Assembly (NCBI GenBank): GCA_049969855.1
Contig: JBMFOB010000003.1
Location: 1-64,000, forward strand
Direction: 5' to 3'
From: Candidatus Bathyarchaeia archaeon
GTDB taxonomy: Archaea; Thermoproteota; Bathyarchaeia; Bathyarchaeales; Bathycorpusculaceae
Length of the DNA: 64,000 nucleotides
Position 1 is the first letter of the stretch. The number at the start of each line of letters is the position of its first letter. Both the position numbers and the translations under genes were made by a program. The notes under the pieces were generated by a model that ran no database searches, was not told the origin of the DNA, and worked only from the letters and a program-made list of their open reading frames with translations. Of the stretch, positions 59,607-64,000 are shown one piece after another.

Positions 59607-59618
59607 CTCAACAACATT

Positions 59619-59783
59619 TTATTTTATTGGTTTTACTTCCACATTGATGGGTATGAGGGAAAGTTTCTTGCCGCATTTTGGACATTTTCCGCCGTGTTGA
59701 TGTAAAATTTCATCAGGAGGCTTAAGCTCAGCACCCTCGTATAATACATAGCCACATCCTTGACAGACAACACGCTGAGGCAA
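59619..59783 (-). CDS. Zinc-ribbon microprotein, 54 aa (CQGCG...CPKCG), absent from the ORF track
   Basis: Hand translation MPQRVVCQGCGYVLYEGAELKPPDEILHQHGGKCPKCGKKLSLIPINVEVKPIK; TTG start with GGAG upstream. Confidence 0.8.
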   Translation of the reverse strand: MPQRVVCQGCGYVLYEGAELKPPDEILHQHGGKCPKCGKKLSLIPINVEVKPIK

Positions 59784-59916
59784 TTCAACACGCTCCAAGT
59801 AACAACATAAGCAGTAAGTTTCACGGCATATTTATTGGTTGCTGAACTAAAACCCCACAGAAACTTTTAATCTTAGAATAAAGTTAATTCTGGAAGCATT
59901 TCCAAACAAGCCTCAA

Positions 59917-62031
59917 ATGGTTTGTGCTGAAATGGGAAACTACACATTAATTATAACCGAGAAACCAGATGCAGCGCAAAGGATAGCTTCAGCTCTTGAC
60001 ATTCAGGGAAAAACGAGAAAAATGGAGGAGAAAGGAGTACCCTATTATGTGGCTAAACGGGACAAGGAGATAATTGTGGTTCCAGCCATAGGACACTTGT
60101 ACACGGTTGCGGAAGAAAGCGGTGGAAGAAACTATTATCCAGTTTTCAATTTTAGATGGGTGCCAAGATACGCTGTGGAAAGAGGCGCAAAACAAATTCG
60201 AACATGGCTGGAAACCATATCAAAATTGGCAAAGGATGCGGATGCATTTGTCGATGCATGCGACTACGACATTGAAGGAAGCATAATCGGATACAGCATA
60301 CTAAAATACGCTTGCGGAAACAAAGAAGCCATATCAAAACGCATGAAATATTCAACATTAACCAAAGAAGAACTTGAAAAATCATACAATGAACTGCTGC
60401 CACGCTTAGACTTCGCATTAATAGAGGCTGGACGCACAAGACATGAAATTGATTGGTTGTATGGCGTTAACCTTTCAAGGGCTTTAACAATAGCGGCAAA
60501 AGATTGGAGTGGAAAATACGCTACATTAAGCACTGGAAGAGTGCAAGGTCCAACCCTCCGATTCCTTGTCGCTCGAGAAAAAGCCATAAGATGTTTCGTG
60601 CCAACTCCTTACTGGAGCATTAAAGCAGAAGTTAAAATAAATGGCTCAGTCTTTGAAGCAGAATACGAAAAGAAAATTATCGAAACCAAAAGAGAGGCAA
60701 ACGCCATACTGGACGCTTGCAAAGGAAAAAATGGCGTAATAGAAAAAATAGACTATAAAAAGTTCCAGCAGATGCCGCCAACACCCTTCGACTTGGGCGC
60801 TTTGCAAAGCGAAGCCTACAGCCTTTTCGGGTATACTCCCATGCGAACTTCAAACATTGCCCAACGATTGTACTTGGACGCCCTAATTTCTTATCCGAGA
60901 ACAAGCAGCCAAAAACTTCCACCATCAATAAATTACGAAGCAATTCTAAGAAGCTTAAACAGAGTTTCGGAATACAAAAAACTTACAGCAGAACTCCTCG
61001 CAAAAAAGGAGTTAAAACCAAGAGAAGGAAAAAAGGAGGACCCGGCACACCCAGCAATTTATCCAACTGGAAACTTGCCAGAAAGAACCTTAGACGCTTC
61101 TGAAAGAAACATTTGGGACCTTGTTATCCGAAGGTTTATGGCAGTTTTTGACGAACCAGCCATAAGGCAAAGCATGAAAGTTTACATAAACGTGGATGGA
61201 CACCGCTTCTACCTAAGGGGAAGACAAACCCTAAAAGAAGGATGGCTACGTTTCTACGAACCCTACATAAGATCAGAAGAAGTCATTCTTCCACAAATAA
61301 AAGAGGAACAAACTATAAACATCAAAAAAGTCATTTTGGAAGACAAATTCACAAAACCGCCTCCAAGATACAATCCAGGCAGCCTCCTAAAAAGAATGGA
61401 AGAAGCCGAAATTGGAACCAAAGCGACAAGGGCGGATATTATACAGACACTTTATGATAGAAAGTATGTTCGAGACGAAAGAATGACTGTAACAAATTTA
61501 GGCTTCGAAGTCCTAGAGGTTTTGGAAAAACACTGTCCAACTGTTGTTTCAATAAAGTTAACGAGGGAACTTGAAGAAAGAATGAATAGGATTCAGGTGA
61601 ACAACGAGAAAAGGGAAGAAGTCCTCATAGACGCTGTTGAAATTCTCAAACCAGTAGTAGAAGAGCTTAAAGAGAAAGAAGAAGAGATAGGCGAACAATT
61701 AAGCAATGCCATAAAAAGGGCAAGACTTGAAGAAAGAATCATAGGAACATGTCCAATATGCAACACTGGAAAACTCATGACACTATATTCGCGGAGAACA
61801 GGCAAACGTTTTGTCGGATGCACAAACTATTTCAAAGGATTATGCAAAGCATCGTTTCCGCTTCCCCAGAAAGGCACAATTAGACCCCTTGGAAAAAACT
61901 GTCGAGGATGCGGTTGGCCCATAGTTCAAGTTCGAATAAAAGGGCGGAGACCTTGGACATTATGCTTCAACCCGAATTGCCCATTAAAGGAGGAGAGGAG
62001 GAAGAGACTTGAAATGCGTAATATGCAATAG
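59917..62031 (+). CDS. topA: Type IA DNA topoisomerase with C-terminal zinc ribbons
   Basis: ITEKP; DYDIEG; STGRVQ; ISYPRT (catalytic Tyr); GTKATR. Confidence 0.95.
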   Translation: MVCAEMGNYTLIITEKPDAAQRIASALDIQGKTRKMEEKGVPYYVAKRDKEIIVVPAIGHLYTVAEESGGRNYYPVFNFRWVPRYAVERGAKQIRTWLETISKLAKDADAFVDACDYDIEGSIIGYSILKYACGNKEAISKRMKYSTLTKEELEKSYNELLPRLDFALIEAGRTRHEIDWLYGVNLSRALTIAAKDWSGKYATLSTGRVQGPTLRFLVAREKAIRCFVPTPYWSIKAEVKINGSVFEAEYEKKIIETKREANAILDACKGKNGVIEKIDYKKFQQMPPTPFDLGALQSEAYSLFGYTPMRTSNIAQRLYLDALISYPRTSSQKLPPSINYEAILRSLNRVSEYKKLTAELLAKKELKPREGKKEDPAHPAIYPTGNLPERTLDASERNIWDLVIRRFMAVFDEPAIRQSMKVYINVDGHRFYLRGRQTLKEGWLRFYEPYIRSEEVILPQIKEEQTINIKKVILEDKFTKPPPRYNPGSLLKRMEEAEIGTKATRADIIQTLYDRKYVRDERMTVTNLGFEVLEVLEKHCPTVVSIKLTRELEERMNRIQVNNEKREEVLIDAVEILKPVVEELKEKEEEIGEQLSNAIKRARLEERIIGTCPICNTGKLMTLYSRRTGKRFVGCTNYFKGLCKASFPLPQKGTIRPLGKNCRGCGWPIVQVRIKGRRPWTLCFNPNCPLKEERRKRLEMRNMQ

Positions 62032-62242
62032 AGAGGCAGAAAAGGAAGGCTACTGCGAATTGCATATGAAAGCTTATGAAAGCATTTCAAAAAAGTATGA
62101 GTTATGGAAAAAAGCTCTAGAAATTTCTTGGAAAGAGTATTTAAGTGAGATTGTCAAGAATCCGTTAACAGGTGAGTGGGCTCGAGAAGTGGCGGAATAC
62201 TTGATAAAAAGTGGAGAAGAACAAAATGTCAAAAAAAGTTAA
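62009..62242 (+). CDS. Small CxxC...CxxH zinc-binding protein
   Basis: CVIC...YCELH; overlaps the topA stop and the next start. Confidence 0.75.
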   Translation: MKCVICNREAEKEGYCELHMKAYESISKKYELWKKALEISWKEYLSEIVKNPLTGEWAREVAEYLIKSGEEQNVKKS

Positions 62243-62645
62243 GAGACAAATCACATCACTTTCATATTCAATAAACAGGTTTTACAGAAAAATCTCAACG
62301 GCAAAACCTTCCTCGCTTATACTTTCAATATTAGCTATTGCAATTGCCATATTCCTGCTTGGAGGAGGCTTATACGACATTATAATGAAGCCCTATCCAG
62401 CAGTTTATTATAGTGGGCGTTTCATCTTTCTTTACCCGCAATTGTCAGAGCAATTTATAACAGACAGCATAGTTGTCATAACTCTCTATACATTGGGCGT
62501 TGTTGGGTTAGTAGCAATTTACCAAAGCACAAAATACGCATACAAACCAAGACAAGCCTACATGATGTTTCTGGTAGGGCTTAGCCTTTTACTAATAGCT
62601 TACGTATTTCTCGAAGTTGCAATACGAATAAAAGTCGGCGGATAG
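62226..62645 (+). CDS. OST3/OST6 family (DC2/OSTC-like) 3-TM protein
   Basis: GGGLYDII..P; QFITDS....LYTLG..G pattern resembling eukaryotic DC2. Confidence 0.65.
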   Translation: MSKKVKRQITSLSYSINRFYRKISTAKPSSLILSILAIAIAIFLLGGGLYDIIMKPYPAVYYSGRFIFLYPQLSEQFITDSIVVITLYTLGVVGLVAIYQSTKYAYKPRQAYMMFLVGLSLLLIAYVFLEVAIRIKVGG

Positions 62646-62647
62646 GA

Positions 62648-63142
62648 TTACCAAGGGTTACTTTTTAAACCCAGTTTGTAGGCTGCAAAATTCGTTAACA
62701 AATGTATTGGTGGAGTTATAATTAACACTGTTATTGCAAGGTTTAAATCCAAAATTTGCAGTGGAAGCGAAAACAAAATGGCTCCTATAATGAAATCAAT
62801 TTGGTCGATGACTGGCAACAAATCTCCAGGAGCCAAGTCAAGCCTCCGCTTTAAGAAGGCTCCAGCCAAATCTCCAAACAAGGCGCCAAAAGATAAGAGG
62901 AAACCAAATGGAATGGGATAACCGAAGAACATGCTTTCTAATAATCCAACAGCCGTTCCAACAATTAATCCAGAAAAGAAGCCTCGGAAGGTTTTGTTTT
63001 TTCCAAGGATTGGTTTTCCATCAAAAAATTTTTTTCCAAAATCGATAGGGTAGCCTCCGCCTGTGATTACTGGTATGGCGTTGGCGCAGTATGCTGGGAA
63101 TATGAATTTTAATGCTTCAATGATTAGTTGTGTTATTTCCAT
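62648..63142 (-). CDS. carS: CDP-archaeol synthase
   Basis: PAYCANAIPV; PIDFG; GKNKTFRG; GDLAGAFLKRR; DQIDF. Confidence 0.93.
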   Translation of the reverse strand: MEITQLIIEALKFIFPAYCANAIPVITGGGYPIDFGKKFFDGKPILGKNKTFRGFFSGLIVGTAVGLLESMFFGYPIPFGFLLSFGALFGDLAGAFLKRRLDLAPGDLLPVIDQIDFIIGAILFSLPLQILDLNLAITVLIITPPIHLLTNFAAYKLGLKSNPW

Positions 63143-63154
63143 TTTCGACGACCA

Positions 63155-63859
63155 TCAACGAGGTAGATGCTCATGGATTCCCGTTTCTTCTATTTTTAAT
63201 TCACAAGTTAAGGGTTGATTCCATTTTTGACTTTTCTCTAAAACTGCCCTAATTATTGACGAGTTTTCGGTTGGGCGCAAGGCAATTATTGTGTCTGCCC
63301 AAAATTTTAGGACTCGCGTAGCCACGGGTTCTATGCTCACAAAATTTTCATCGAAGGCGCTTCGCACTTGACTTGCCACTATAACCGCAATTTTTCTGGT
63401 CTTGGCAATCTGCGCCAACAAAGCCATCTGCCTATTTAATTCGCGGTTCAGTTCAAAGGCTTTATTTGGGTGTTCCGCGATTTCGACACGATAAAGCGAC
63501 GTGAACGTGTCAACAACTATAAGTCCAAAATTTTTGGCAACATACTCTGGCAGCTTATCTATGACTATGATTTGTTCACGGAAACTGTTTGGTTTCACCA
63601 AAATTATTAGTTCAGAAACCTTTTCGAAGTTCTCAGAAGCTATCTGAGAAAGGCGCCGCGCTGAGAAGGTGCCGTCGCAGTCCATGAATAAGGTTTTGTA
63701 ACCATGCAGTGCACAGTTCACAGCCAACTGCATAGCAAAGGTGGTTTTTCCAGTTTCCGCTTCTCCATAGATTAAGCTGACATTTTCAAATGGGATGCCG
63801 CCATCAAGAAGGTTGTCAAGCCTTCCGCAGCCGGTGGGAATCTTCTGTGGCAAGGTCAT
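63155..63859 (-). CDS. radB: RadB-like RecA-family ATPase
   Basis: IPTGC..LDNLLDGGI; GEAETGKTT; IVVDT..SLYR; no RadA N-terminal domain. Confidence 0.78.
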   Translation of the reverse strand: MTLPQKIPTGCGRLDNLLDGGIPFENVSLIYGEAETGKTTFAMQLAVNCALHGYKTLFMDCDGTFSARRLSQIASENFEKVSELIILVKPNSFREQIIVIDKLPEYVAKNFGLIVVDTFTSLYRVEIAEHPNKAFELNRELNRQMALLAQIAKTRKIAVIVASQVRSAFDENFVSIEPVATRVLKFWADTIIALRPTENSSIIRAVLEKSQKWNQPLTCELKIEETGIHEHLPR

Positions 63860-63932
63860 GCACATTAAGGAATATAAACAGCGAAACTAATAATTTGTTT
63901 TGTGTTCAAAACTTCAAAAACAGGAAGATGAC

Positions 63933-64000
63933 ATGAAAGCGAAGATTGCTGTTGCAACAGTTTCAGGAAAAGCTTACTACCTAATCGTTAATGAATTGAA
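63933..64000 (+). CDS. 5' end of a hypothetical protein (MKAKIAVATVSGKAYYLIVNEL...)
   Basis: ATG at 63933, frame open to the window end. Confidence 0.6.
   Translation, partial: MKAKIAVATVSGKAYYLIVNEL

Noticed and set aside
59633-59824. 63-aa minus-strand ORF in the track
   Set aside because: The overlapping frame 59619-59783 has zinc-ribbon motifs and an SD and is the better call
615-61823. Many 60-240 aa antisense or alternate-frame ORFs in the track (e.g. 22444-23163, 45943-46497, 3621-4157)
   Set aside because: They overlap well-supported genes, show no motifs and look like shadow ORFs
51268-62031. Inteins in PolB1 or TopA
   Set aside because: Lengths are normal and no intein splice-junction or homing-endonuclease motifs were seen
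1-64000. tRNA, rRNA, CRISPR arrays, IS elements, integrases
   Set aside because: None recognised by eye; tRNAscan-SE and cmscan would be needed to exclude small RNAs

Overview
This is a gene-dense archaeal chromosome segment, most consistent with Bathyarchaeia (TACK/Thermoproteota). The taxonomy is inferred from a crenarchaeal-type PolB1 and a TackOD1 protein occurring together with SMC-ScpAB and a RadB-like gene. Most of the window is housekeeping: the rps13-rps4-rps11-rpoD-rpl18e-rpl13-rps9-rpoN-eno-rps2 superoperon continuing into mvk-ipk-fni-prenyltransferase-gltX-srp19; smc-scpA-scpB; an fprA stress operon with a divergent regulator; the proteasome/exosome superoperon interrupted by a two-gene glycosylation cassette; an ECF module; a type IV pilus locus; moeA x2, speB, an m5C methyltransferase, polB1, queT, aglB-aglH, gcvT, topA, carS and radB. 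I recognised no tRNA, rRNA, CRISPR array or transposase. The strongest novelty candidate is a structured 5' leader of queT in which an anti-Shine-Dalgarno sequence sits inside a hairpin followed by an A-rich tail, i.e. a possible archaeal preQ0/preQ1 riboswitch. Other notable items are a DC2/OSTC-like subunit near a eukaryote-like AglB, an unannotated eL41/eS32 gene, two unannotated Cys-rich microproteins, a pilin with nested domains, a perfect 16-bp operator palindrome at fprA, and a homopolymer frameshift in a PIG-V-like mannosyltransferase. All family calls come from motif recognition by eye, not from database searches.
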